Shown: positions 29,299-40,168, counted from the first letter of the stretch. The stretch: DNA of 64,000 nt from an uncultured archaeon (GCA_000965745.1 CP009479.1:96001-160000), one strand, 5' to 3'. Made by a program: numbers and translations. Notes: generated by a model from the letters alone, not told the origin.

Positions 29299-31320
29299 AT
29301 GCCAGAGACCCTTTCTAAAGCATATATAGAAGTAGAGAAGGGGGAATCCTACGCGGATGCCCTCAAGAGAAACAGGATACGCGATGCCATAGCGGTAGAA
29401 GTAGACGGCAAGCTGACAGACCTGTCCGATGTGGCAGAAACGAAAGTCGGTGCAAAGCCGGTTACCGTTGACACAAGAGAGGGTCTCACAATTCTAAGGC
29501 ACTCAGCAGCACACCTTCTGGCTAATGCCATAATGGACATTTACAAGGGGGCACTGCCAAATGCAGGCCCTCCGACTGAGGATGGCTTCTATTACGATTT
29601 CGACATGGAGCCTGTCTCCACCGATGACTTCGGAAAGATAGAGGAAAGGATGAGGGAGATAGTCAGGGAAAACAGGCCCATTGAAAAGTTGAGGCTATCG
29701 AAGGATGAACTGAAGGAACTCTTCTCAAACAATGTCTACAAGCTTGACAAGATAGACGAGAACCTCAAGGAAGGAGGGTCCTCCACGGCGTACAGGCAGG
29801 GGGACTACGTGGACTTTTGCACCGGGCCACATGTCCCGTCCACAGGCTACATAAAGAGTTACAAGCTGCTCTCACTTTCAAGCGCACATTACAAGGCTGA
29901 CGAGTCCAGGCAGAAGATGGTAAGGATATACGGAACCGCTTTTCCCAGCGAGAAACAGTTGAATCAATATCTCAGGAACAGGGAGGAGGCTGCCAGGAGG
30001 GATCACCGGAGGCTCGCCCAGGAGATGGACCTTCTTGTTCTCGATCCTGAAAGGGCTCCAGGTTTCCCGCTATACACGCCGAACGGGACCGTTATACGAA
30101 ACGAACTCATAGGCTTCATGAGGGAAATGAACACCAGGAGAGGCTGGTCTGAAGTTTCAACACCCCATGCCTACAAGACCAGCATGTGGAAGCAGTCCGG
30201 ACATTACGCAAAGTACAAGGACGACATGTACCTGTTCACCCTGGAGGACGGTGAAAGCTATGGGCTTAAGCCCATGAACTGCCCCGGCCACGTCACCATA
30301 TTCGAGAGAATGCCCCATTCCTACAGGGAGATGCCAGTTAAGTATTCAGAGGCGGGAACTGTTTACAGGTATGAAAAGTGGGGAGAGGTTTCAGGCCTTA
30401 CCAGGCCGAGGTCTTTCACCATAGATGATGGACATGCCTTCCTCAGGATTGACCAGATACTCGAGGAGATGCAGTCCATTCTGGGAATGGTGAAGGAGAC
30501 CTTCGACACCATTCTGGGTGAGTCGGAGATACTGTACGACCTTAGCCTTATTGACAGGGAGCACCCTGAGAATTACCTGCTCACCTACGTCTGCTCAAAA
30601 TGCGGCTCTACAATTGAGGCCAGGAAGGCTGCATCCAGTGGTGAGCTCAAATGCAGCAGCTGCGGCTCAAGTTCCCTGAATCCTGACTTCACCCCATGGG
30701 ACCAGGCCTCCGGCCAGCTCAAGGAAGCCCTTGACAAATCAGGGATTCAATACAGGGAGTTTCCCGGTGAGGCTGCGTTCTACGGCCCAAAGATCGACAT
30801 TCATGTGAAAGATGCCCTTGGGAGAAGCTGGCAGCTGTCAACAATCCAGCTCGACTTTTTCCTCCCCATTAACTTCAACCTCAACTACATAAACAGCGAG
30901 AGCAAGCCCGAGAGGCTGGTGATGATCCACAGGGCAATCTTCGGCAGTTATGAGAGGTTCATGGCGATACTGCTTGAACATTACGCGGGGAAGCTACCAA
31001 CCTGGATCGCACCCATGCAGGTTTATGTCATCCCGGTCAGTGAAGGGTTCAACGGGTACGCGACAAAGGTCCATGAGAGGCTCAGGGAAATGGGTATCAG
31101 GTCAGAACTGGACCTCTCGCCGGACACCATAAGCAAGAAGATCAAGCTGATCAGGAGCAAGAGGCCGGCATATATCGCGGTCCTTGGTGAGAGAGAGCAG
31201 GAAAAGGGCACAGTGACCATCAGGAACAGGAGCAACAGGCAGAACCAGTACTCGCTGGATGATCTTGTTTCAAAACTGGGAGAAGAAGTCAGGGGAAGGT
31301 CTATAGGCCAGACTCTCTGA
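29299..31320 (+). CDS. thrS: Threonine--tRNA ligase, bacterial type, with zinc-ribbon insertion
   Basis: RHSAAHLL and DFCTGPH editing motifs, RDHR, KPMNCPGH, GEAAFYGPKID, TIQLDF, IHRAIFGSYERF. Confidence 0.97.
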   Translation: MPETLSKAYIEVEKGESYADALKRNRIRDAIAVEVDGKLTDLSDVAETKVGAKPVTVDTREGLTILRHSAAHLLANAIMDIYKGALPNAGPPTEDGFYYDFDMEPVSTDDFGKIEERMREIVRENRPIEKLRLSKDELKELFSNNVYKLDKIDENLKEGGSSTAYRQGDYVDFCTGPHVPSTGYIKSYKLLSLSSAHYKADESRQKMVRIYGTAFPSEKQLNQYLRNREEAARRDHRRLAQEMDLLVLDPERAPGFPLYTPNGTVIRNELIGFMREMNTRRGWSEVSTPHAYKTSMWKQSGHYAKYKDDMYLFTLEDGESYGLKPMNCPGHVTIFERMPHSYREMPVKYSEAGTVYRYEKWGEVSGLTRPRSFTIDDGHAFLRIDQILEEMQSILGMVKETFDTILGESEILYDLSLIDREHPENYLLTYVCSKCGSTIEARKAASSGELKCSSCGSSSLNPDFTPWDQASGQLKEALDKSGIQYREFPGEAAFYGPKIDIHVKDALGRSWQLSTIQLDFFLPINFNLNYINSESKPERLVMIHRAIFGSYERFMAILLEHYAGKLPTWIAPMQVYVIPVSEGFNGYATKVHERLREMGIRSELDLSPDTISKKIKLIRSKRPAYIAVLGEREQEKGTVTIRNRSNRQNQYSLDDLVSKLGEEVRGRSIGQTL

Positions 31321-31325
31321 TTCCT

Positions 31326-31481
31326 CTATTTCTTTATGTAACAGATTGCGAATTCATCGCCGTCAAAGAAAACTTCCCTGTTCGGGTGCTTCGATCTGTA
31401 CTTGTCCATTCGGACCATGACCTGCCTTATGGTCATGTCTGAATTTTTCTTTGGTTTGTAGACTATTACGGATTTAGGCAA
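31326..31481 (-). CDS. Small hypothetical protein (51 aa), absent from the ORF track
   Basis: TTG start 31481, TTAAATAC box about 22-29 nt upstream; MPKSVIVYKPKKNSDMTIRQVMVRMDKYRSKHPNREVFFDGDEFAICYIKK*; fills the thrS-fixB gap. Confidence 0.7.
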   Translation of the reverse strand: MPKSVIVYKPKKNSDMTIRQVMVRMDKYRSKHPNREVFFDGDEFAICYIKK

Positions 31482-31516
31482 CGGGTAAATTATAAAAAGA
31501 GTGTATTTAACTCTTT

Positions 31517-32584
31517 TCAGGCAGCTTTTTCTGGAGATTCTCCCACAACTGCCTTCCCGTTTTTGTATTTCTGCACTTCCTCTATGATCTTCGGGATGGC
31601 ATCGTACAGGTCTGCTTTGATGAAATAGTCCGAAACCTTGGCGATCTCAGCCTCGGGGTCATTGTTGATTGAAACAATGTTCTCGCTGTTTATCATTCCC
31701 ACCGTGTGCTGTATCTTTCCTGATATTCCGGCCGCGATGTAGAGCTTTGCCCTGACAGTCTGGCCCGTCTGCCCGACCTGGTGCTCATAGGGTATCCATC
31801 CGAGGTCCACCACCGGCCTTGAAGCTCCAACCTCAGCATTGAGCTCGTCCGCGAGGTTTCTGATTAGCTCAAAGCCTTCCGGCTTTCCGAGCCCCAGCCC
31901 GCCAGAAACAATCTTCTTGGCTGATGTGAGGTCAAGCCTGTCCTTGGGCCTGAAGCTCAGGATTTTCCTTTTCTTCATGGCTTCGGGCACAGTGACTTTC
32001 TTGATCTTTATGTCGCACTTGTTTCCCGGCTGCTTCTCTGCAACCTTGTAGCTGCCTGGCCTGGACGTGATTGTCTGAGGCCTGTGCTTCCGGCAGAGGA
32101 TCTGGTCGATTGTCTTGTCCCCGAATGATGGCCTCCACGCACTGAGTATCTTTGTGTTTTCCACAATGTCGAGCTCTATGCAGTCTGCAGCCACCCCGGT
32201 CATGACCCTGATCGCGATCCTTGACACAAGGTCCCTTCCTTCCCTTGTTCCGGACATGAGGAATATGTTCGGCTTGTAATCCTCGATCATCTCTGCAAGG
32301 TAGTTTGTGTATGGCACGCTTGCAAAGTCCTTCAGGTCCGGAGATTCTGTGCCGAGGAAAATGTCACAGCCGTACTCTTCAGCCTCCTTTGCAATTGGCG
32401 TGAGCTCTTCACCAACTGCAACTCCGACCAGCTTTTCGTCAGTCTTCTTTGCGAGCTTTTTCCCTTCTCCGAGCATTTCAAGTGTGGACTTCTTTATGTG
32501 CCCGTCGCTGTGCTCAATGTACACGAACACATCCCTGTATTCATCAAGGTTTTCGGGTACAACACAGTTTATGAGTTCACGCAT
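31517..32584 (-). CDS. fixB: Electron transfer flavoprotein alpha subunit
   Basis: IVSGGLG, VGASRPVVD, QVGQTGQTV, GISGKIQHTVGM, INNDPEAEI; start overlaps the fixA stop (alternative start 32590). Confidence 0.93.
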   Translation of the reverse strand: MRELINCVVPENLDEYRDVFVYIEHSDGHIKKSTLEMLGEGKKLAKKTDEKLVGVAVGEELTPIAKEAEEYGCDIFLGTESPDLKDFASVPYTNYLAEMIEDYKPNIFLMSGTREGRDLVSRIAIRVMTGVAADCIELDIVENTKILSAWRPSFGDKTIDQILCRKHRPQTITSRPGSYKVAEKQPGNKCDIKIKKVTVPEAMKKRKILSFRPKDRLDLTSAKKIVSGGLGLGKPEGFELIRNLADELNAEVGASRPVVDLGWIPYEHQVGQTGQTVRAKLYIAAGISGKIQHTVGMINSENIVSINNDPEAEIAKVSDYFIKADLYDAIPKIIEEVQKYKNGKAVVGESPEKAA

Positions 32585-33383
32585 CTTCATCATCCCCCAG
32601 GACAATTGCCTTGTTCTCTATGAGCTCCTTTACCATTTCCGGGATCTCCTCCAGGGTGATCGTCTTATTGAGCCTCTTCTTCTCCTCGGGTATCTTGAGG
32701 GACCCGACAATGGTGGGCGAACCCTTGATGCCGACCCATTCCGGCGGCAATCCGAGAGATTCGTGGTCCATGGTCTCGATTCCTTTCCTCATGGCGTCAA
32801 TCCTCCTTCTAAGGCTTGACCTTCTGGGAATGTTTGCGTTAATCAGCATGGTGACCAGTGCAGGCATTGGAGTCTGAACAACCTCTATGCCATGCTCCAG
32901 TTCCCTTTCCGCGATAATAGTGTCCCCCTCAATTTTCACCGACGTTGAATAGGTGACCTGGTCTGCCTGCATGAACTCTGCGACTCCCGGGCCCACGTGT
33001 CCCGTGCCTGAATCAGTTGTGCTCTCACCTGCAAGGATCAGGTCGAATCTGCCGATCTTTTTCACAGCGGCCGCAAGGGTCAGTGAAGTTGCATAGGTAT
33101 CCGCTGCAGCAAAGGCACGGTCTGTTATCAGTATCCCCCTGTCAGCCCCCCTTCCCATGCACTCGAGCAGGGCAGATTCAGCTGCAGGCGGCCCCATGGT
33201 TATGACGGTGATCTTTGCAGGAGTCTTGTCCTTTATCATGAGGGCAGCCTCCAGGGCATTTTCATCGGCAGGGTTTATAACCCCACGGGCCTGGGATCTG
33301 TTCAGCGTAAACTTTACAGGATCGATGAATATTTCTTCAGCATCTGGCACCTGCTTGATCATAACAATAATGTCCAACACCAT
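32577..33383 (-). CDS. fixA: Electron transfer flavoprotein beta subunit
   Basis: IKQVPD, NPADENALE, TMGPP, DRAFAAADTYATS, TDSGTGHVGP, GSPT. Confidence 0.93.
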   Translation of the reverse strand: MVLDIIVMIKQVPDAEEIFIDPVKFTLNRSQARGVINPADENALEAALMIKDKTPAKITVITMGPPAAESALLECMGRGADRGILITDRAFAAADTYATSLTLAAAVKKIGRFDLILAGESTTDSGTGHVGPGVAEFMQADQVTYSTSVKIEGDTIIAERELEHGIEVVQTPMPALVTMLINANIPRRSSLRRRIDAMRKGIETMDHESLGLPPEWVGIKGSPTIVGSLKIPEEKKRLNKTITLEEIPEMVKELIENKAIVLGDDEDA

Positions 33384-33388
33384 CAGTA

Positions 33389-33661
33389 TCACCCGTACTT
33401 GTATTTGACTCCGTGGCCACCTTTGGTATTGGTCCAGCTTACACTCCCGTGTGAGCAGGCTACGGCACACGTGCCACATTCAACACAGTCCTCGTACTTG
33501 AAATTGAGCTTGCCTTCTATGATCGTGTAGCATTTTGCCGGGCAGGCAAAAGTGCAGAAGTGATCCGGGCATTCCTCGCAGATGTTCGGATTAACCGTGA
33601 TGTGTTCGTATGACTTGTCCGTTTTATAATTGAGAAGTGACAACCTTTCCTCTATTTTCAT
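33389..33661 (-). CDS. fixX: FixX-like ferredoxin
   Basis: CTFACPAKCY, CVECGTC, GVKYKYG; lies between fixC and fixA. Confidence 0.9.
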   Translation of the reverse strand: MKIEERLSLLNYKTDKSYEHITVNPNICEECPDHFCTFACPAKCYTIIEGKLNFKYEDCVECGTCAVACSHGSVSWTNTKGGHGVKYKYG

Positions 33662-33663
33662 GA

Positions 33664-34956
33664 CTACATCCTCCTGAGCATTCTGTAACCCTGAAGCAGC
33701 ATGTCCTTGCTCTTTATTTTGGAAGATGACATTGAGTCGAGGACCAGCTGCATCATGTGCTTCTTTGGTTTCCCTTCCTCTTTGAAGAGTCCCATCATGA
33801 CGTTTTCAAGCATGCTTGGGAAAGTCTTGTGGATCATCTTGCTCCAGGTTACATTTTCTATTCCCTTAAAAGTTCTCATGTCCTTCATTACGTAGCTTTC
33901 CTCAAGTTTCTGCTGGTATCTTGAAAGTGATGCCGATGAAAAGTCGCTTTTCTGCTTCGCTTCAACAAGTGCCTCAGCTGCAGATATTCCCGATGATATG
34001 GCATAGTTCATGCCCTGGAGAACAAGGCCGTTGCTGAATGAGAAACCTGCGGCATCGCCAGCTATCATGTATCCGTCACCGTACAGCTTGGGTATGGATG
34101 AGAGGCCTCCCTCCTGCACCAGGTGTGCGCTGTACTCGTCCACTCTACCCTCCTCGAGGAGAGGTGCAATGAACGGGTGGCTGGCAAACTCTTCCATTAT
34201 GTCGAATGAGTATACCTGGTTGCTCTGCCTTAGATGCTTCATCGATATCACCGCACCTATTGAGATGCTGTCCTTGTTTGTATAAAGGAATCCCCCGGCC
34301 TCTACTCCGTCCTTCAGGAATCCGAGGACATATTCACAGGCATATCCGGCTTTTCCCCTCAGGTTGAACCTCTCGTTTATTGTCTTCTCCGGGAGCTTTA
34401 TGACTTCCTTTACGCCAATGGCCACATCGTGGTCCTTCAGTGGTTCCCTCAACCCTGAGTCAATAGCCACCCTCGGGTTTGCCCCCTCGGCCAGTATCAC
34501 TGCATCAGCGGTTATCTCATCGCCGTCCTGGATCACTCCCACGACTTTGCCGTCCTTCTTGCTCAGCCTGTCAACAGTGACTCCTGTGACGACCATCGCT
34601 CCGGCTTCCCTTGCCTTCTTGACGAGCCACGGGTCAAGTTTTGCCCTCAGTACAGTATATCCAGTTTTCTGCTCCTCAAAATTCTTTGTGCTGAAATCGA
34701 TGTTAATCTTGGATTTTTCAGTAAGAAATGCAACTGATTTTGACTCAAGGTACCTCTCCAGCGGCGCCGTTTTCTCCCAGTCATCGCTCAATTCCCCCAG
34801 GCCGGTACCCCAGAGAACTCCTCCGGAAACGTTCTTGCTTCCGGGCGGATCTCCGCGTTCCACCAGAAGTACATTCATGTTATTTTGTGCAAGCTTAATC
34901 GCGGCGGAAGCACCCGCGGGTCCTCCTCCCACCACAATAGCATCAAACTCACTCAT
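33664..34956 (-). CDS. fixC: FixC-type ETF:quinone oxidoreductase flavoprotein
   Basis: VVGGGPAG, ERGDPPGSKNVSGG, APLER, EYSAHLV, AGDAAG; start MSEFD at 34956. Confidence 0.93.
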   Translation of the reverse strand: MSEFDAIVVGGGPAGASAAIKLAQNNMNVLLVERGDPPGSKNVSGGVLWGTGLGELSDDWEKTAPLERYLESKSVAFLTEKSKINIDFSTKNFEEQKTGYTVLRAKLDPWLVKKAREAGAMVVTGVTVDRLSKKDGKVVGVIQDGDEITADAVILAEGANPRVAIDSGLREPLKDHDVAIGVKEVIKLPEKTINERFNLRGKAGYACEYVLGFLKDGVEAGGFLYTNKDSISIGAVISMKHLRQSNQVYSFDIMEEFASHPFIAPLLEEGRVDEYSAHLVQEGGLSSIPKLYGDGYMIAGDAAGFSFSNGLVLQGMNYAISSGISAAEALVEAKQKSDFSSASLSRYQQKLEESYVMKDMRTFKGIENVTWSKMIHKTFPSMLENVMMGLFKEEGKPKKHMMQLVLDSMSSSKIKSKDMLLQGYRMLRRM

Positions 34957-35151
34957 CGTCGAGTTATAGCAAAATAATTTATAATCATTTTCTAGAATGT
35001 GAGAAATTTTGTCGAATATTGATATTATGTGTCGGATAACGACATGTCTTATACTCTTCTCGACCCTCCATGCACATTCCATTTGACGCCCACTTCAGCG
35101 TATTGCGTCCAGAAATTCAATTTAACCAGTTTTGCATGATGTCAATGAAAG

Positions 35152-35808
35152 ATGAACGTCAAGGAAATCTACAGAGTGCTGTACTCTGACATGGGCGATC
35201 TTGGCTGGTGGCCGGCAGAATCTCCGGATGAGGTTGTGATAGGGACTGTACTGACCCAGAATACAAGCTGGAAGAATGTTGAGAAATCTCTTGAGAAATT
35301 GAGGGAGTCGGGGATGATGTCCCTAAGGAGGATATCAGAAGCCGATGTTGAAAATCTTTCCTTGCTCATAAAGAGTTCCGGCTTCTACAACCAGAAGTCT
35401 ATGAGGCTCAAGGACCTTGCCTCAAGAATAGTGGAGAGATACGGGTCGGTTGGCATGATGTCCATGGACCGTACTGATAGCCTCGCTGAGTTTCTGAAAA
35501 ACATCAAGGGGGTCGGGCAGGAAACCATGGATTCGATTCTCCTCTATGCGCTGGAAAAGCCTGTCTTCGTGATCGATAAATACACGGAGAGGGTGTTCTC
35601 ACGAGTGGGTGTATTGGATTCCGGTATGACCGCAGGCGATTTCAGGGACATTACCCCGGTTGACCTTGATCATGACGTGGGAAAACTGAAGAATTTTCAC
35701 GGCATGATAGTCCAGCTTGCCAAGGAACACTGCAAAAAAGAGCCGTTGTGTGAGGGGTGCCCTTTATCCGGCAATTGCAGATATTATACAGAAGTGATGT
35801 TGCCGTAG
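35152..35808 (+). CDS. Endonuclease III-like HhH-GPD DNA glycosylase with 4Fe-4S motif
   Basis: WWPAE, LTQNTSWKNV, SGFYNQK, IKGVGQETMDSILLYA, C-x6-C-x2-C-x5-C. Confidence 0.9.
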   Translation: MNVKEIYRVLYSDMGDLGWWPAESPDEVVIGTVLTQNTSWKNVEKSLEKLRESGMMSLRRISEADVENLSLLIKSSGFYNQKSMRLKDLASRIVERYGSVGMMSMDRTDSLAEFLKNIKGVGQETMDSILLYALEKPVFVIDKYTERVFSRVGVLDSGMTAGDFRDITPVDLDHDVGKLKNFHGMIVQLAKEHCKKEPLCEGCPLSGNCRYYTEVMLP

Positions 35809-37007
35809 CCGATAAGTCTCCATCTGTTCGAGATTCTCCTGCCTATTGCAACCCTCTCATTGAGTTCGGCTGCCACTGGGTATTTCAGCATTATCTCGAC
35901 TTTATCGTCCCTTGCGGAAGTAACAACACCGACTGTGTTTGATGTTCCCACGGTGATCATTATGCTTTCCTTGGACCTGATAGGCTCAACATTCAGCTCT
36001 TCCTCAAAGCCCACTACACGCTTGAGAAGGAATGTGTCAAGTGAAAGGTTGAACAGCAGTGGCGGCACTTTTCCAACTGCACCTGCAATTCTGCCGGTGA
36101 ATGAATCACCCTTGGTGAGGAAAGGGTCAAGTTTTGTTCCTACCGCTGCGAGGCCTCCGGGCTTTATTGTGTCGTAATGGTAGCTTCCGGCCATGAGGCT
36201 CACTATTTCTGTGGTAACGTTTTCCCATACCTGCTTGCCGCCTTTTCCAGTCTGGATGCCGGGGACTATTTCAATTTCCTGGCCCATCCTGAGCTCCCCC
36301 TCAACCAATGAGCCCCCGAGGACTCCGCCAACAAGCTTCTCCGGTGGTGTACCGGGCTTGTTCACATCGAAGGATCTGGCTATGAACATCTTTGGGTCAT
36401 GGGACTTGTCCAGTTTTGGTGGCTGGATCATTTCCACTATCATTTTGTATAGAACGTCTATGTTCGTGTTGTGGTATGCACTTACAGGTATGATGGGTGC
36501 AGATTCTGCAATGCTTCCCTTAAGGAACTGCTTTATTTCGTTGAAGCTCTCTACTGCCCTTTCCCTGGTGACAAGGTCGATCTTGTTCTGCACTACAATG
36601 ATGTTCTTTATCCCCATTATCTCAAGGGCTGTTAGGTGTTCCCTTGTCTGGGGCTGGGGGCACTTTTCATTTGCGGCTATTACGAGGAGGGCTCCGTTCA
36701 TTATAGAGGATCCTGAAAGCATTGTCGCCATCAGGGTCTCATGCCCCGGTGCATCCACGATTGATATTACTCTTGCCAGTTCGCACTCGCCTTCCTTGGA
36801 TTCGTTGGAATAATATTCCCCGCCTTCAGCGCTTGTGCATTTGTATATAGGTGAGTCCGCATATCCAAGCTTGATTGATATGCCCCTCTTGATTTCCTCA
36901 GAATGAATGTCAGTTTTTTTACCAGTTAAGGCCTTGGTCAGCGTGCTTTTGCCATGGTCGACATGGCCGACCATCCCTACATTAACTGAAGGTTGTGGCA
37001 GGCTCAT
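35784..37007 (-). CDS. eif2g: Translation initiation factor aIF2 gamma subunit
   Basis: GHVDHGKST, RGISIKLGYA, DAPGHETLMATMLSG, QNKID, RWRLIGYG. Confidence 0.97.
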   Translation of the reverse strand: MSLPQPSVNVGMVGHVDHGKSTLTKALTGKKTDIHSEEIKRGISIKLGYADSPIYKCTSAEGGEYYSNESKEGECELARVISIVDAPGHETLMATMLSGSSIMNGALLVIAANEKCPQPQTREHLTALEIMGIKNIIVVQNKIDLVTRERAVESFNEIKQFLKGSIAESAPIIPVSAYHNTNIDVLYKMIVEMIQPPKLDKSHDPKMFIARSFDVNKPGTPPEKLVGGVLGGSLVEGELRMGQEIEIVPGIQTGKGGKQVWENVTTEIVSLMAGSYHYDTIKPGGLAAVGTKLDPFLTKGDSFTGRIAGAVGKVPPLLFNLSLDTFLLKRVVGFEEELNVEPIRSKESIMITVGTSNTVGVVTSARDDKVEIMLKYPVAAELNERVAIGRRISNRWRLIGYGNITSV

Positions 37008-37399
37008 TGAGCTTCCTTCGGTTCTTCTTCCTGCTGCTGCTCAATGGGCTTTGGTCCGTACTGTGTCACCTTAAGGTTGAGTTGTGCTATATCTGTCCCT
37101 ATAACTGACCCCCTGAATGTAACTCTCTTCCTATATCCGTTCTTGGCTCTCCTTCCAAGGGAATATGTCCTGAGAATTCTCTTCCGGCCGGATACCTGTA
37201 GATCGGACTTCATCGGGAAGCCGTCTATGGATGTTCCGCCAGTTATCTTGAGCTTATATCCGGGGAGTTCGAAGAATATCCCGTCAACTTCCTCGCCTAT
37301 TCTCCTTCCGACGAGAGCATTCAGATTATCAGATGATACTTCTTTCTTGTGTGTTTTTCCACTTTTTGGATCTGCGATAACCGCTACTGAATTTGCCAT
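37004..37399 (-). CDS. rps6e: 30S ribosomal protein S6e
   Basis: ADPKSGK, GYKLKITGG..DGFPM, GYRKRVTFRG, QLNLKV. Confidence 0.96.
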   Translation of the reverse strand: MANSVAVIADPKSGKTHKKEVSSDNLNALVGRRIGEEVDGIFFELPGYKLKITGGTSIDGFPMKSDLQVSGRKRILRTYSLGRRAKNGYRKRVTFRGSVIGTDIAQLNLKVTQYGPKPIEQQQEEEPKEAQ

Positions 37400-37578
37400 A
37401 TTTACCTAACCTTTGCGATACGTTTTTAGCGTCTTTTTTCGGCTTGAGTGAATTATATTGTTCTTTATAAAGGTTAAGCAATCCATTTACAGGGCTCAAA
37501 CTGGCATGGATTACAGCGGGGATTCCGGTTCCTGATTTAGGTCAAGAATATATCATGTGATGCAATCAACCATGAAAA

Positions 37579-39174
37579 ATGATAGTGCTTGGACTGGAAG
37601 GTACAGCTCATACTGTCAGTGCAGGAATCATCGACGAAGAAAGAATACTGTCAACAGTTTCTTCCACGTACGTCTCCGGAAACGGGGGGATACATCCTAG
37701 AGAGGCTGCTGTACACCATTCAGATAAGATTGTGCCAATAATCCGGGAAGCCCTGTCCAAGGCAGGCATCTCCATGAATGACGTGGACCTTATTTCATTC
37801 TCCAGGGGTCCTGGCCTGGGCCCATGCCTGCGGGTTGTCGGGACGGCGGCCAGGTCACTGGCCCTCAAGTTTGACAGGAAGATAGTGGGTGTGAACCACC
37901 CTCTTGGCCACGTGGAAATAGGCAGAAGGCTTGGGAAAATGAGCGACCCCATAGTGCTCTACGTTTCCGGCGGAAATACACAGGTTCTGGCACACTCAAA
38001 CGGAAGGTACAGAGTCATGGGGGAGACCATGGATATCGGCCTCGGAAACATGCTCGACAAGTTTGCCAGGGATATAGGGATAGGATTTCCTGGAGGGCCA
38101 AAAATAGAAGAGATGGCCCGGGATGGAAAAAAGCTGCTCGACCTTCCATATTCAGTCAAAGGGATGGACACCTCGTTCTCCGGCATTTACACTGCCGCAA
38201 AGGCGTACCTGGGGAAGGGCGAGTCCGTTGAGGATGTCTCATACAGCATACAGGAAACCGCCTTTTCCATGCTGGTCGAGGTTCTGGAGAGGGCCCTTTA
38301 CTACTTCAACAAGCGCGAGATCCTGCTTGCGGGCGGAGTTGCTGCAAACGGGAGGCTCAGGGACATGCTGTCATCCATGGCTCAGGACAACGGGGTTGAC
38401 ATATACCTTACGGACAGGAAGTACTGCATGGACAACGGGGCCATGATTGCACAGGCCGGCATGCTCATGTACCAGAACGGGGAACACCACAGCATAGATG
38501 AAACCACTGTAGATCAGAGATTCAGGATAGACCAGGTTGAAACTCCCTGGATAAGGAGCAGCGACGATGCAGTTGACAGAATGAAAGGTGCCGAATCAAA
38601 AATATTCCTTGATACCTACTTCGACAGGGACATTGTCCTGAAGAAGAGGCTACAGAAAAGCTATCGCGTTGCAGGGATGGATTCAAGGCTCAGAAAGGAG
38701 AGGACGAGAAACGAGGCTGCAACACTTATCAGGCTCAATGAGGCCGGAATAAGGGTCCCGAAGGTGTATGATGTTGACGGCTACAATTTCGAGATAAAAA
38801 TGGAGCATATCAATGGAGTCACAATGAGAAGTTTCCTCAGGTCTGGCAATGATGGAGTTGACAAGGTATCAGAACTCGCAGGCATGGTATCAAGGATGCA
38901 TTCGATGGGGATATCTCACGGGGACCTTACAACGAATAACATCATAGTCTCCGACAGTGTATATCTCATAGATACCAGCTTAAGCAGGCTTTCCACAGGA
39001 GATGAGGATCTTGCAACCGACCTCTTCCTCCTCTTTGAATCCTTCAAGAGCAACCACAGCGACAGGCCTGAACTGCCAAAGCACTTCTGGGAAAATTACA
39101 AGAAAAGCTTTCCGGATTACCAGAGGGTTTCAGATGTTCTTGAAGCCATAGAAAAACGGAGAAGATACGTGTGA
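37579..39174 (+). CDS. kae1: Bifunctional Kae1/Bud32 (t6A synthase fused to kinase, KEOPS)
   Basis: [43 protein letters not shown]; then KGAES and HGDLTTNN kinase domain. Confidence 0.96.
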   Translation: MIVLGLEGTAHTVSAGIIDEERILSTVSSTYVSGNGGIHPREAAVHHSDKIVPIIREALSKAGISMNDVDLISFSRGPGLGPCLRVVGTAARSLALKFDRKIVGVNHPLGHVEIGRRLGKMSDPIVLYVSGGNTQVLAHSNGRYRVMGETMDIGLGNMLDKFARDIGIGFPGGPKIEEMARDGKKLLDLPYSVKGMDTSFSGIYTAAKAYLGKGESVEDVSYSIQETAFSMLVEVLERALYYFNKREILLAGGVAANGRLRDMLSSMAQDNGVDIYLTDRKYCMDNGAMIAQAGMLMYQNGEHHSIDETTVDQRFRIDQVETPWIRSSDDAVDRMKGAESKIFLDTYFDRDIVLKKRLQKSYRVAGMDSRLRKERTRNEAATLIRLNEAGIRVPKVYDVDGYNFEIKMEHINGVTMRSFLRSGNDGVDKVSELAGMVSRMHSMGISHGDLTTNNIIVSDSVYLIDTSLSRLSTGDEDLATDLFLLFESFKSNHSDRPELPKHFWENYKKSFPDYQRVSDVLEAIEKRRRYV

Positions 39175-39722
39175 TCACTTTTGTTACAAGCAACAGGCAC
39201 AAATTCGAGGAAGTCAGTGCAATATTCAATGATGCGGGCATAGAACTTTCATGGGAGCAGATGAAGTATGAGGAGATCCAGGCAGACACGACCGAAGAGG
39301 TGTCCAGAAACAGCTGCATCAAGTTGATCGGGCAAATCCACGGCGATTTCTTCATTGAAGATACCGGCCTTTTCATAGATTCTCTCAAGGGCTTTCCGGG
39401 AGTCTATTCATCCTATGTCCAGAAAACCATTGGAAACGATGGCATAATCAGGCTCCTGAAAGACAGGCCGGACAATGCAATGTTCAAGACCGTTCTGACT
39501 GCATACATAAACGGTACGATCAAGCAGTTCACCGGAATTCTGGAAGGAAGCATAGCCTCTGATGAGAGGGGTGAGGGAGGATTCGGCTACGACCCTGTTT
39601 TTATTCCCTCCGGCTACGGCAAGACCCTGTCAGAAATGGATCTCACAGAGAAGAACAGGGTATCCCACAGGTTCAGGGCGGTGAAAGGCCTCGTCGAAAG
39701 CCTTGCCCGCAATGATCATTAG
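39171..39722 (+). CDS. rdgB: Non-canonical purine NTP pyrophosphatase (ITPase/Ham1)
   Basis: [37 protein letters not shown]. Confidence 0.95.
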   Translation: MITFVTSNRHKFEEVSAIFNDAGIELSWEQMKYEEIQADTTEEVSRNSCIKLIGQIHGDFFIEDTGLFIDSLKGFPGVYSSYVQKTIGNDGIIRLLKDRPDNAMFKTVLTAYINGTIKQFTGILEGSIASDERGEGGFGYDPVFIPSGYGKTLSEMDLTEKNRVSHRFRAVKGLVESLARNDH

Positions 39723-39805
39723 AGAGTGCCTCCGGGCCTAACTCCCCTTCGTCTCTTCAGCCTGACCCTAAATTATTATAGCGCCTAAATGCTTACTTTG
39801 ACAGA

Positions 39806-40168
39806 ATGACTTCAAAGATAAGGGAGTATCAGAGTTTTCTATACATACTTGGGGCAGCGATAGGCGTCGTGCTGTTTGTGCTCACATCAAACGAGCTCAT
39901 TTTCAAGAGCAGTGCCCTCCCTGGACTTTCATCTCTTGGAAACTGGGGGTACTGGGTCTTCACCCTGGGGCTTGTCATGATGATAGCATTCTTCTATCTT
40001 TACTACAGACTCCTGTCAGATACAAAGAAGTTCGAAACTCTTATCAACAGTGAGAGCAAGAATACCTTTTCCAAGAATCTCAGGGAGCTTGACAGGATAT
40101 CAAAAAAGCTCGGGCCCAGATACGTGACTGAGCTGAAAGAGACAAAGGAAAAATGGAAATTAAGATAG
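39806..40168 (+). CDS. Small membrane protein (DUF3198-like)
   Basis: Two TM segments, GNWGYW, then FETLINSESKNTF. Confidence 0.7.
   Translation: MTSKIREYQSFLYILGAAIGVVLFVLTSNELIFKSSALPGLSSLGNWGYWVFTLGLVMMIAFFYLYYRLLSDTKKFETLINSESKNTFSKNLRELDRISKKLGPRYVTELKETKEKWKLR

Noticed and set aside
31517-34956. fix genes as evidence of nitrogen fixation
   Set aside because: FixABCX is a general ETF:quinone electron-transfer system and there are no nif genes here.
34364-34969. Long antisense ORFs in the track (also 36193-36813, 58178-58915, 60355-61029 and similar)
   Set aside because: They lie opposite well-supported genes and have Ser/Pro/Ile-rich shadow composition with no motifs.
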